From contig JBBIPC010000001.1 of NCBI GenBank assembly GCA_037443035.1, positions 256,001 through 320,000 on the forward strand: a stretch of 64,000 nucleotides of DNA, written 5' to 3'. A program made the translations under genes and the position numbers. Position 1 is the first letter of the stretch, and each line of letters begins with the position of its first letter. This document shows, one piece after another, positions 56,181-64,000 of this stretch. The notes beneath the pieces are model-generated. The model was not told the DNA's origin, did no database searches, and saw nothing but the letters and a program-made list of their open reading frames with translations. The stretch is from Chthonomonadales bacterium. GTDB lineage: Bacteria > Armatimonadota > Chthonomonadetes > Chthonomonadales > CAJBBX01.

Positions 56181-56893
56181 GAGTTCTCGCGGCCTCGACC
56201 AGCGGGCTTGTCGCCTCCATCTGCTTGCTCGAAGATGCGATTCCGGTCACCTCCCGATCGTTCCACCACCCAATGCAACTCCTGCAGCACCTAGTACCGG
56301 AGCTCTCGCACCTCCTGGCTGAAGCGCACCTGGATTGCAAGGATGTGGATCTGTACGCGGTAGATATAGGTCCAGGTTCATTCACGGGTGTGCGAGTCGG
56401 CGTGACAGTGATGAAGTCCCTGGCCTGGGCTACGCGAAAGCCGGCCATCGGTGTGACGTCTTTGCTTGCGCTGGCCAGTGCCGAACTGGCGTCGAAGGCG
56501 CCGACGATAGTTTCCTGTGTCCGAAGCCGTCCCGGTATGGCCTACTGGCAGGCGTTCTCAAGAAGCGAGACCGGCCTGTGCAACTCTGGTGACCCCGCGC
56601 TCGATGGCTTCGACATGTTGGGTACCGGACTAAGCAGTCTCGGCATCCGCGAGTGTTGCGTTCGGTTTGCCGATCCGCGACAGGGCGAGGGCGAAAGGCT
56701 TCGCGAGGTGCTGCTGGGAAATGGCATCGGCGTAGTCGAGTTGCGATGTCTGCCCATCGCAGCCGAGGACGTGGGTCGGCTAGCGTATCTGGCCTATCAT
56801 CAGGGCACCAGCGGAGATCCTTTCGCCCTCAATCCCTGTTACGTCGTACCGCCGGAGATCGGACCTCGCCCCCGGCCATCTATGTCAGAGTGA
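56177..56893 (+). CDS. tsaB: tRNA t6A biosynthesis protein TsaB
   Basis: MRVLAASTS, GPGSFTGVRVG; ATGA overlap with tsaE. Confidence 0.92.
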   Translation: MRVLAASTSGLVASICLLEDAIPVTSRSFHHPMQLLQHLVPELSHLLAEAHLDCKDVDLYAVDIGPGSFTGVRVGVTVMKSLAWATRKPAIGVTSLLALASAELASKAPTIVSCVRSRPGMAYWQAFSRSETGLCNSGDPALDGFDMLGTGLSSLGIRECCVRFADPRQGEGERLREVLLGNGIGVVELRCLPIAAEDVGRLAYLAYHQGTSGDPFALNPCYVVPPEIGPRPRPSMSE

Positions 56894-57518
56894 TGGGCTG
56901 GTAGCTTCGGATCAAGCCGATCACCTTTCCGATGACGCGGCTATCCTCGCGATTCACCTCAATGGGCTGATAGGCAGGGTTGGCGGGCATGAGACGGACT
57001 TTGCCGTTCACGAACTGAATCCGCTTCACAGTAGCTTCGTCGCCCAGCAGCACAGCGACCAGATCACCGTTCTGGGCCGTATCCTGAGGCCGTATGATGA
57101 CAAGGTCTCGCGGCAGAATGTGATCCTCGATCATGCTGTCGCCACGGACTCTAAGGACGAACGCTCCCTCGTGGTTCTTGACGATGTCCTGGGGGACGGG
57201 GACGAAGCCCTCGATGTTCTCTGTCGCGGTAATGGGTGATCCGGCAGCAATCGTCCCGACTAGCGGCAGGAACGCAACATTCTTCGCCGAGCTCCCCGTC
57301 CCAGTGCGCCCAATGACGGTAATGGACCTGGACGTGCTGGCCCGCCGGATATAGCCCTTGCGCTCGAGGGCATCCAGGTGCACGGTCACGCCACGCAGAC
57401 TCGAGAACCCGAAGGCATTACCGATCTCACGGATGCTCGGTGGATATCCCCGGGCGTGTACGTGGTCCACGATGAAGTTCAGGATCCTCGCCTGTTTCTC
57501 CGTTAGACCTTTCGTCAT
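56880..57518 (-). CDS. lexA: SOS repressor LexA
   Basis: LTEKQ..IL, GYPPSIREI, HLDALERKGYI, AG cleavage site (IAAGSP), GDSM (Ser), ATVK (Lys); GGAGGGAG RBS. Confidence 0.97.
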   Translation of the reverse strand: MTKGLTEKQARILNFIVDHVHARGYPPSIREIGNAFGFSSLRGVTVHLDALERKGYIRRASTSRSITVIGRTGTGSSAKNVAFLPLVGTIAAGSPITATENIEGFVPVPQDIVKNHEGAFVLRVRGDSMIEDHILPRDLVIIRPQDTAQNGDLVAVLLGDEATVKRIQFVNGKVRLMPANPAYQPIEVNREDSRVIGKVIGLIRSYQPITLT

Positions 57519-57546
57519 GGTTCTCCCTCCGCACACATGGGAGTGA

Positions 57547-57575
57547 AGTGTACATCAACAGCCGTCTACTGTCAA
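57547..57575 (-). promoter_or_regulatory. Sigma70-type promoter of lexA
   Basis: Minus strand TTGACA-N17-TACACT. Confidence 0.7.
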
Positions 57576-57639
57576 TACTTACAGCGAAAAGTTTCTGTCA
57601 TTTTCTGTTTCATCGTAAGCGTTATACCTCATCCGTTGT

Positions 57640-57669
57640 TTGACACACCTCTACAGGGTGCGGTACCAT
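57640..57669 (+). promoter_or_regulatory. Sigma70-type promoter of the operon starting at 57729
   Basis: TTGACA-N18-TACCAT. Confidence 0.6.
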
Positions 57670-57728
57670 TCGGGGACGCAGGGGGCTGTCACGGCTTCTT
57701 GGCGCAAGCCCCAGAGCGAGGCTATCCG

Positions 57729-58577
57729 ATGAAACTGTCAGCGATCACAGACGAGGTATCCCAGGACTTCGAGCATGCCCTTGAGGTCCTCCAGGAGTAC
57801 GGCGCGACGGGCGCTGAGTTGCGTGGGCTGTGGGGGACGAATATCGCGGACATCTCCCGAGAACAGGTCCGGCGCGCGAAGAAGGCGCTAGACGCCACTG
57901 GGCTCGAGGTTAGCTGTCTGGCGAGCCCCTTCTACAAGTGCGATCTGGAGAGCCCAGAGAAAACGGTGGCGGGTCGGATGCACCTGGCCCAGGCACGCGG
58001 CTATGACGAGCAGATGGCGATGCTGGAGAAGCTGTGCGACCTGGCGGATGAGTTCGGCACACGTCTAGTCCGAGTGTTCTCGTTCTGGAGGCGTCAGCCA
58101 CTGACGCCCTCCATCGAGGACCAGATCGTCGCAGCCTTCGCGAAGCCTCTCGAGATTGCAGAACGACGAGGGATCGTCTTATGCCTGGAGAACGAGCACG
58201 CATGCTATCTCGGCACGGGCGTCGAGGTCGCGCGCGTCAAGGCTCGCATTCCGTCGCAGCACCTGAAAATCTGCTGGGATCCGGGCAACGCCTTGGCTGC
58301 CGGCGAACTCCCCTACCCCGACGGCTACCAGGCCGTTCGTGGCCAGGTGGCTCACGTCCACATCAAGGACGCCGTTCTTCGTGACGGTCAACCATCCTGG
58401 TGCGTCGTGGGAGAGGGAGTGATAGACTATGCCAGCCAATTCGCAGCGCTGCACGCGGATGCGTACGACGGTTTCATCTCTCTGGAGACACATTATGTGC
58501 CACAGGGCGGAACCAGCGAAGACGGCTCGCGGCCAAGTCTGGCTGCACTCAAGCGACTCATAGAGGAACACGCATAG
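57729..58577 (+). CDS. Sugar phosphate isomerase/epimerase (AP_endonuc_2 TIM barrel)
   Basis: MKLSAITDEVSQD, ELR, LENE, WDPGN, HVHIKD, VGEG, SLETH; GAGG RBS. Confidence 0.9.
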   Translation: MKLSAITDEVSQDFEHALEVLQEYGATGAELRGLWGTNIADISREQVRRAKKALDATGLEVSCLASPFYKCDLESPEKTVAGRMHLAQARGYDEQMAMLEKLCDLADEFGTRLVRVFSFWRRQPLTPSIEDQIVAAFAKPLEIAERRGIVLCLENEHACYLGTGVEVARVKARIPSQHLKICWDPGNALAAGELPYPDGYQAVRGQVAHVHIKDAVLRDGQPSWCVVGEGVIDYASQFAALHADAYDGFISLETHYVPQGGTSEDGSRPSLAALKRLIEEHA

Positions 58578-58578
58578 C

Positions 58579-60330
58579 ATGGCGAAGAAACAGCCACCGC
58601 GGAAGACGCGCAAACAACCGAACATCACATCGATCACCTACTGGCGCAAGTTCGCCACCCACCGGATTATCTACGTAGGGTTGGCCGCACTCATCGGTCT
58701 GGGCATCGTCGCATATTTCGGGACGAGTCCTATCGCCGGCGGAGGCGCCGCTCGACGGCAGTATCTAGTGGACACGGTGGCTACCGTGAACGCTGAGCCG
58801 ATCCTCCGTGGCGATTACGAGAGGCTCGCAGAGCGTGTTCGCCGAAGTGCTGGTGGCAGTCCAAGCATGATCGTCATGCAAGAGGGCTTCCTGCTGACTA
58901 GTCTAGTCGATTCCGCGCTGCTGCGGGCAGAGGCCAAGAAGCGCGGCATCAATGTGACCGATGGCGACATCACGAAGGCCATCAACGAGATGCGCACCAT
59001 CAAGCAGGCTAACCGCACCGAGCGCCTTAGCGACGAGGACCTCCTTAAGGTTACCGGAGCCGAGACCATGAGCGATCTCCGCGACTCGGTGGCCAAGGAC
59101 TTGCTGCCTCAGTTGCTGGGACGTAGTGCTGCCAGAGCTGACCGTCTCACCTATGACGATCTCGCTCGATCGTACGATGAGATCAGGGTTCGCCATATTC
59201 TGATAGCCGTCGCTGGCGACCGAGCACCGGCCGGCAAGGGCCTTCCCGAAGAACAAGCGCGGCGGAAAGCTGAGCAGATTCTGCAAGAGCTGCGCTCGGG
59301 AGCTGACTTTGCCGCTTTGGCCAACCGCTATAGCGACGACCCGAGCAACAAAGTACCCAAGGGAGCAGGAAAGGGCGGCGACCTTGGCTGGTACAAGCGC
59401 GGTGGCGGTTTCGATCCTGCTTTCGAAGATGCTGCGTTCGCCCTCAAGCCTGGAGAGGTCAGCGGGCTTGTCCGGACGCCGTTCGGATTCCATATTATCA
59501 AGGTAGAGGAGACCAGGCGTAACCTACCCGCCGATTTCGAGAAGAACAAGGCGCAGTTGCTCGAGGAGTATCGGGCGCGCAAGGCATCCGAGGCGCTCCG
59601 CTCCATCCTCGACCAAGAGCGTCCCAAGGCGAAGATCGTCTGGAAGGATCCGGCGCTCGAGTGGCGCTACGCATACGCCAAGAGTGGTGCAATGGGTTCG
59701 ATGGCCATGTTGGGCCAGGCTCAGGGCAGCGAAGCCGATCTCATCAAGATGCTACGAGCATATGTGCCCACACACAAGACCGATTCTGCGGCCGCCCTCG
59801 TCCTCGGCCAGATACTGAACCGCCAGCTCATGATGGCGAACCTGCCTCCCCAACTAGCCGGGAAGAATGCACCGAAAGTGGATAAGGACAAGCTGCGTGC
59901 TGAAGTGATCCAGTGCTTCGAGATAGCCCTGGAGCATTCCGAAGACCAGGACACACGGTTGACACTTGCTAGGCTCTATCGAGAGGCCAACCAGCCGGAG
60001 AAGGCACTGGACCAGTACCGGATGATGCACAGGCTACTTGCGTGGGACGAGAGCACCGAGACGCGATTCGTCAGGGAGCAGATCGAGAAGGGGTTGCGCG
60101 AACTGGGTGACCTGAAGCTGGCGGACGAAGAGGCCAAGGTGATCGCCCACCTCAAAGCCAAGGAAGACCAGCAGCGCAAAGAGGCCGCCGAGAAGGCCAA
60201 GGCAGAAGCGGCTCAGCGCGCTAAGGCAGCGCCGTCCAAAGATAAGCCGGCGGGCAAGCCGACGACATCAGCGACCAGTGGCACGATCAGCATCCCAGCC
60301 CAGCCAGAGCCACCCGGCGGAAAACGCTGA
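58579..60330 (+). CDS. Membrane-anchored parvulin-type PPIase (SurA/PrsA-like) with a TPR-like C-terminus
   Basis: N-terminal TM, VATVN, RVRHILI, DFAALANRYSDD, GGDLGW, FEDAAFALKPGEVS, TPFGFHII. Confidence 0.9.
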   Translation: MAKKQPPRKTRKQPNITSITYWRKFATHRIIYVGLAALIGLGIVAYFGTSPIAGGGAARRQYLVDTVATVNAEPILRGDYERLAERVRRSAGGSPSMIVMQEGFLLTSLVDSALLRAEAKKRGINVTDGDITKAINEMRTIKQANRTERLSDEDLLKVTGAETMSDLRDSVAKDLLPQLLGRSAARADRLTYDDLARSYDEIRVRHILIAVAGDRAPAGKGLPEEQARRKAEQILQELRSGADFAALANRYSDDPSNKVPKGAGKGGDLGWYKRGGGFDPAFEDAAFALKPGEVSGLVRTPFGFHIIKVEETRRNLPADFEKNKAQLLEEYRARKASEALRSILDQERPKAKIVWKDPALEWRYAYAKSGAMGSMAMLGQAQGSEADLIKMLRAYVPTHKTDSAAALVLGQILNRQLMMANLPPQLAGKNAPKVDKDKLRAEVIQCFEIALEHSEDQDTRLTLARLYREANQPEKALDQYRMMHRLLAWDESTETRFVREQIEKGLRELGDLKLADEEAKVIAHLKAKEDQQRKEAAEKAKAEAAQRAKAAPSKDKPAGKPTTSATSGTISIPAQPEPPGGKR

Positions 60331-61192
60331 GAGGAGCGGCAGGCCGACGGGGATCCTCTACGTAGTTGCTGGCCCCATCGGTAACCTGGAGGACATTACG
60401 CTGCGCGCCCTCCGGATCCTGCGAGAAGTCACATTGGTTCTCGCAGAGGATACTCGGATTACGCGCAGACTCTTGAGCCGCTACGACATCCATACACCTC
60501 TGGTGCCCTGCCATGCCCACACCTCTCGACCCAAGATCGGGGCACTGATCGAGAGGTTGGTGGCTGGCGAGGATCTTGCGTTGGTCACAGATGCAGGTAC
60601 TCCCGGCGTTTCCGATCCCGGCGACCTTGTCGTTTCGGCGGCGATTGCGGCTGGTCAGCGGATCGTGCCAGTACCTGGCCCTAGCGCCGTCACTGCGGCC
60701 ATCTCCATTGCGGCCATACCGGGTGGCGGCTTCGTTTTCGTTGGGTTCCCGCCCCGTGGGAGATCCGACCGACAGGCGTTCTTCCGCGCGCTGGGACAAG
60801 AGAAGCGCCCGATCGTCGTATACGAGTCACCACGCAGGATACGCGAGACGCTGCAGGAGCTGTACACGCACCTTGGTAACCGAGACGTTCTTGTGGCTCG
60901 CGAGCTCACGAAGATCCATGAGGAGGTCTTTAGAGGCAAAATCGGGGATGCTCTGCAGTGGTCAGGCGAGTCGCCGCGAGGCGAGTTCACGGTCATTGTC
61001 TATCCTGGTGAGACGGTGCACCACGAGACCGAGTCGCAGGTTCGTGACGCGGACGCGCTCCTCGAGAGTCGGCTTGCTGCGGGCGATAGTCCTGCTGAGG
61101 CGGCCAAGTATGTTGCTACGGTGACAGGACTGCGGCGCAGCCAACTCTACAGGCGGTTGCTCCAGTTGCGCCAGCTTTCCGGGGATGCCTGA
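60278..61192 (+). CDS. rsmI: 16S rRNA C1402 2'-O-methyltransferase
   Basis: LYVVAGPIGNLEDIT, AEDTR, DAGTPGVSDPG, PGPSA, YESPRR, ARELTKIHEE, RGEF. Confidence 0.96.
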   Translation: MARSASQPSQSHPAENAERSGRPTGILYVVAGPIGNLEDITLRALRILREVTLVLAEDTRITRRLLSRYDIHTPLVPCHAHTSRPKIGALIERLVAGEDLALVTDAGTPGVSDPGDLVVSAAIAAGQRIVPVPGPSAVTAAISIAAIPGGGFVFVGFPPRGRSDRQAFFRALGQEKRPIVVYESPRRIRETLQELYTHLGNRDVLVARELTKIHEEVFRGKIGDALQWSGESPRGEFTVIVYPGETVHHETESQVRDADALLESRLAAGDSPAEAAKYVATVTGLRRSQLYRRLLQLRQLSGDA

Positions 61193-61197
61193 CGGGT

Positions 61198-61920
61198 ATG
61201 GCAGTGGCGTCGGACACCGCGGACGGACCGCTCCTATCGGTGATCATCCCTGTCTACAACGAGAAGGCGACGGTCGAAGAGATCCTGCGCCGAGTGCTAG
61301 CCGCACCATTCCGGAAGGAAGTGATTGTGGTGGACGACGGTTCGACAGATGGCACGGCCGATATCCTATCTGCGCGCATCGAGGGCCGCTATGGTCAAGT
61401 CGGAATCCTGCGCCATGCATCCAATCGCGGCAAGGGTGCCGCTATCCGCACGGCCATACCCCACTGCCGCGGCGAATTCATACTCATCCAAGATGCGGAC
61501 CTGGAATACGATCCTTCGGACTACCAGGCGCTACTGGAACCACTCTTGGACGGCCGAGCAGACGTTGTCTACGGCTCCCGGTTTCTCGGTGGCGGAGCAC
61601 ACCGGGTGCACCTGTTCTGGCATCGGGTTGGCAACGGCCTCCTGACAACCCTCTCCAATATGCTGACGAACCTCAACTTGACCGACATGGAAGTCGGCTA
61701 CAAGGTATTCCGCGCGGAAGTTCTCAGGAGCATGAAGCTTCGCAGCAATCGGTTCGATATCGAACCCGAGATAACGGCGAAGGTCGCCCGCCGCCGATAT
61801 CGGATCTATGAGGTGCCGATCTCGTATTCAGGCAGGGACTACTCGGAAGGTAAGAAAGTCAGTTGGCGTGACGGCGTTGTCGCCCTTTGGACGATCCTGA
61901 GGTACCGTATTGCCGACTAG
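61198..61920 (+). CDS. Glycosyltransferase family 2 (polyprenol-phosphate sugar synthase-like)
   Basis: SVIIPVYNE, VDDGSTDGT, NRGKG, QDADLEYDP, VYGSRF, EVPISY.GR. Confidence 0.93.
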   Translation: MAVASDTADGPLLSVIIPVYNEKATVEEILRRVLAAPFRKEVIVVDDGSTDGTADILSARIEGRYGQVGILRHASNRGKGAAIRTAIPHCRGEFILIQDADLEYDPSDYQALLEPLLDGRADVVYGSRFLGGGAHRVHLFWHRVGNGLLTTLSNMLTNLNLTDMEVGYKVFRAEVLRSMKLRSNRFDIEPEITAKVARRRYRIYEVPISYSGRDYSEGKKVSWRDGVVALWTILRYRIAD

Positions 61921-61938
61921 GACTGGGAGTGAGTACGC

Positions 61939-62910
61939 ATGATTCTCGTTACGGGTGGAGCGGGGTACATCGGCAGTCACTACGTGCTCTACGAAGTGGA
62001 TCGCGGAAGCGAAGTCGTGGTACTGGACAATCTCTCGCAGGGGCACCGTGAAGCCGTGGGGGGAGTCCAGCTCGTTGTAGGTGACATTGCCTCGCCGGAC
62101 ACACTCGATACCGTCTTCCAGTCGTTCACCATCGAGGCAGTCGTTCATTTCGCAGCTCTGGCGTCTGTACCCGAGTCCATGGCGCACCCAGAAAGGTACT
62201 ATCGGAACAACGTCGTGGCCGTAGTCGAGCTCTTGGAGGCAATGCGGCGGCATGGCGTCAAGTTCCTTGTCTTCTCGTCGTCGTGCGCAACGTACGGAGA
62301 CCCTGTGTACGTACCGATGGATGAACGACACCCACAACTGCCGGTCAGCCCCTATGGAGAGACGAAGCGAGTGTGCGAGAAGATGATGGAAGCTTACGAC
62401 CGTGCACACGGTATACGTTTTGCATCGCTTCGGTACTTCAACGCTTCAGGCGCGGACCCTGTCGGCCGTCTCGGTGAGAGCCATGATCCTGAGACGCACC
62501 TGATACCCATCATCCTGCAGGCCGCTTCTGGTAGGCGCAAGGATGTGACGATCTACGGCCGCGATTACGACACGCCAGATGGCACGTGTATTCGAGACTA
62601 CATCCACGTGACCGATCTGGCACAGGCGCATGCTCTTGCGCTCGACCGCTTGCGTTCCGGCGCGCAAAGCGATTGCTTCAATCTTGGTTCGGAAACAGGG
62701 CATTCGGTGCTGGAAGTCGTGGAGATGTGCAGGCGAGTGACTGGCAGACCCATTCCCACGGTGGACGGACCACGACGCCCTGGTGATCCGCCGCGTCTTG
62801 TGGCGTCTGCCAAACGGGCCAAGTCCGAGCTGTCGTGGAGTCCGCGCTACGCGGATCTCGAGACCATTGTGATGACGGCGTGGGCGTGGGAGACGAACCG
62901 GAGATTCTAG
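61939..62910 (+). CDS. galE: UDP-glucose 4-epimerase
   Basis: TGGAGYIGSH, HFAA, FSSS, PYGETK, RYFN, ETHLIP, DGTCIRDYIHV. Confidence 0.96.
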   Translation: MILVTGGAGYIGSHYVLYEVDRGSEVVVLDNLSQGHREAVGGVQLVVGDIASPDTLDTVFQSFTIEAVVHFAALASVPESMAHPERYYRNNVVAVVELLEAMRRHGVKFLVFSSSCATYGDPVYVPMDERHPQLPVSPYGETKRVCEKMMEAYDRAHGIRFASLRYFNASGADPVGRLGESHDPETHLIPIILQAASGRRKDVTIYGRDYDTPDGTCIRDYIHVTDLAQAHALALDRLRSGAQSDCFNLGSETGHSVLEVVEMCRRVTGRPIPTVDGPRRPGDPPRLVASAKRAKSELSWSPRYADLETIVMTAWAWETNRRF

Positions 62911-63372
62911 ATGCAGACGAGGGAGAGTTGCATACCAGGCGTTATCCTGCGGCCACTCGTGCGTCACTCTGATCATCGCGGTTGGCTGGTGGAGCTGATT
63001 CGCGAGGACGAGCTGCCTGGCAGTATCGTGCCAAGAATGGCCTACGTTTCCCTCACGCTTCCTGGAGTGGCGCGAGGTCCCCACGAGCATGTACACCAAA
63101 CCGACGTGTTCTGCTTTCTCTCGGGTAAGTTCCTGCTCAAACTCTGGGAGCGCCGCGAGGGCTACCCCCAGGTGGAGGAGAGTCATGTCGTTGGGGAGCA
63201 GAACCCCCTCCTCGTGGTCGTTCCACCGGGAGTCGTGCATGGGTATCGCAATATCGGTACCACGGACGCCCTAGTTCTGAACTTCCCTAATCGTCTATAC
63301 GCAGGCTGGATGAGATCGGAACCAGTGGACGAGATTCGTCATGAAGACACTGGATCGGAGTACGAACTGTGA
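62911..63372 (+). CDS. rmlC: dTDP-4-dehydrorhamnose 3,5-epimerase family cupin
   Basis: DHRGWLVE, PGVARGPHEH..QTD, VPPGVVHGY; lies directly upstream of rmlB. Confidence 0.78.
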   Translation: MQTRESCIPGVILRPLVRHSDHRGWLVELIREDELPGSIVPRMAYVSLTLPGVARGPHEHVHQTDVFCFLSGKFLLKLWERREGYPQVEESHVVGEQNPLLVVVPPGVVHGYRNIGTTDALVLNFPNRLYAGWMRSEPVDEIRHEDTGSEYEL

Positions 63373-64000
63373 GCCGCACCGTGCTCGTTACAGGAGGCGC
63401 TGGCTTCATAGGCTGCAACTTCGTCCGATACTGGCTACGGGAGCATCCTTCTGACAGGGTTGTGGTCCTCGATGCTCTCACCTACGCTGGCAACCTGGCG
63501 AACCTGCGGGAGGTATGGGACGACCAGCGGTTCCGCTTCTACCCGGGTCGCATCGAGGATCCGACCGTCGTCAACGGCATCTTCCGCTGCGAACACATTG
63601 ACCACGTCGTGAACTTCGCTGCGGAATCCCACAACGACCGTAGCATGATGGATCCGACGAGCCTCATTGCCGCAAACGTGACCGGTGTGGGGGTTCTGTT
63701 GCGTGCAGCGTCACACTATGGAGTAGAACGCTTCCTCCATGTCTCCACCGATGAGGTGTACGGGCAAATCAGTGATGGTGTCTTCAGAGAAGAAGATCCC
63801 CTCTTGCCGCGCACGCCTTACTCAGCGGGCAAAGCCGGAGGCGAGCTGCAGGTGCGCGCGCATACCATCGCGTTCGGTACACCGACGGTTGTCACACGAG
63901 GCAGCAATACCTTCGGTCCTTACCAATACCCAGAGAAGCTTCTCCCGTTCTTCATCACGCGAGCCCTGCAGGATAAGCCTCTGCCGCTTTATGGGACGGG
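63369..64000 (+). CDS. rmlB: dTDP-glucose 4,6-dehydratase (runs off the window end)
   Basis: Translated by hand from GTG 63369: VLVTGGAGFIGCNFV, DALTYAGNLANL, NFAAESHNDRS, HVSTDEVYG, PYSAGK, SNTFGPYQYPEK. Confidence 0.95.
   Translation, partial: MSRTVLVTGGAGFIGCNFVRYWLREHPSDRVVVLDALTYAGNLANLREVWDDQRFRFYPGRIEDPTVVNGIFRCEHIDHVVNFAAESHNDRSMMDPTSLIAANVTGVGVLLRAASHYGVERFLHVSTDEVYGQISDGVFREEDPLLPRTPYSAGKAGGELQVRAHTIAFGTPTVVTRGSNTFGPYQYPEKLLPFFITRALQDKPLPLYGT

Noticed and set aside
1..64000. CRISPR arrays, tRNA/rRNA genes, IS elements, prophage or defence islands
   Set aside because: No periodic repeats, cloverleaf or rRNA-like segments, transposase, integrase or phage genes were seen. Intergenic gaps are short and composition looks uniform by eye.

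Overview
Gene-dense, GC-rich bacterial chromosome segment of about 55 CDSs. I found no rRNA, tRNA, CRISPR array, transposase, integrase or phage gene. A lineage such as Armatimonadota is suggested (inference only) by a prepilin/H-X9-DG protein, Kdo genes with a putative outer-membrane beta-barrel, several AP_endonuc_2 TIM barrels and an insertion-bearing SecA. Most genes are housekeeping: kdsD-kdsC-miaA-hfq-dapF, cca, tyrS, trpB2, rodA, secA-thyX, queG, ppdK, def-fmt, tsaE-tsaB, lexA, rsmI and galE-rmlC-rmlB. The best candidate for an uncharacterised system is a tightly coupled minus-strand operon (32073->25442): rodA, an MFS-HEAT fusion, an unknown alpha/beta protein, an acyl-ACP-reductase-like enzyme with no aldehyde-deformylating oxygenase partner, and a Tat-type aldo-keto reductase. 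It converges on a possible remote BshC-like ligase. Other observations: an insertion of about 90 aa in SecA NBD2; an unannotated soluble domain inserted in an ABC permease; a mirror-image rodA/secA promoter pair; several near-consensus promoters with 18-nt spacers; two apparently leaderless genes; a candidate LexA operator; and repeated tail-to-tail gene overlaps. All calls come from motif recognition by eye; no database search was run.
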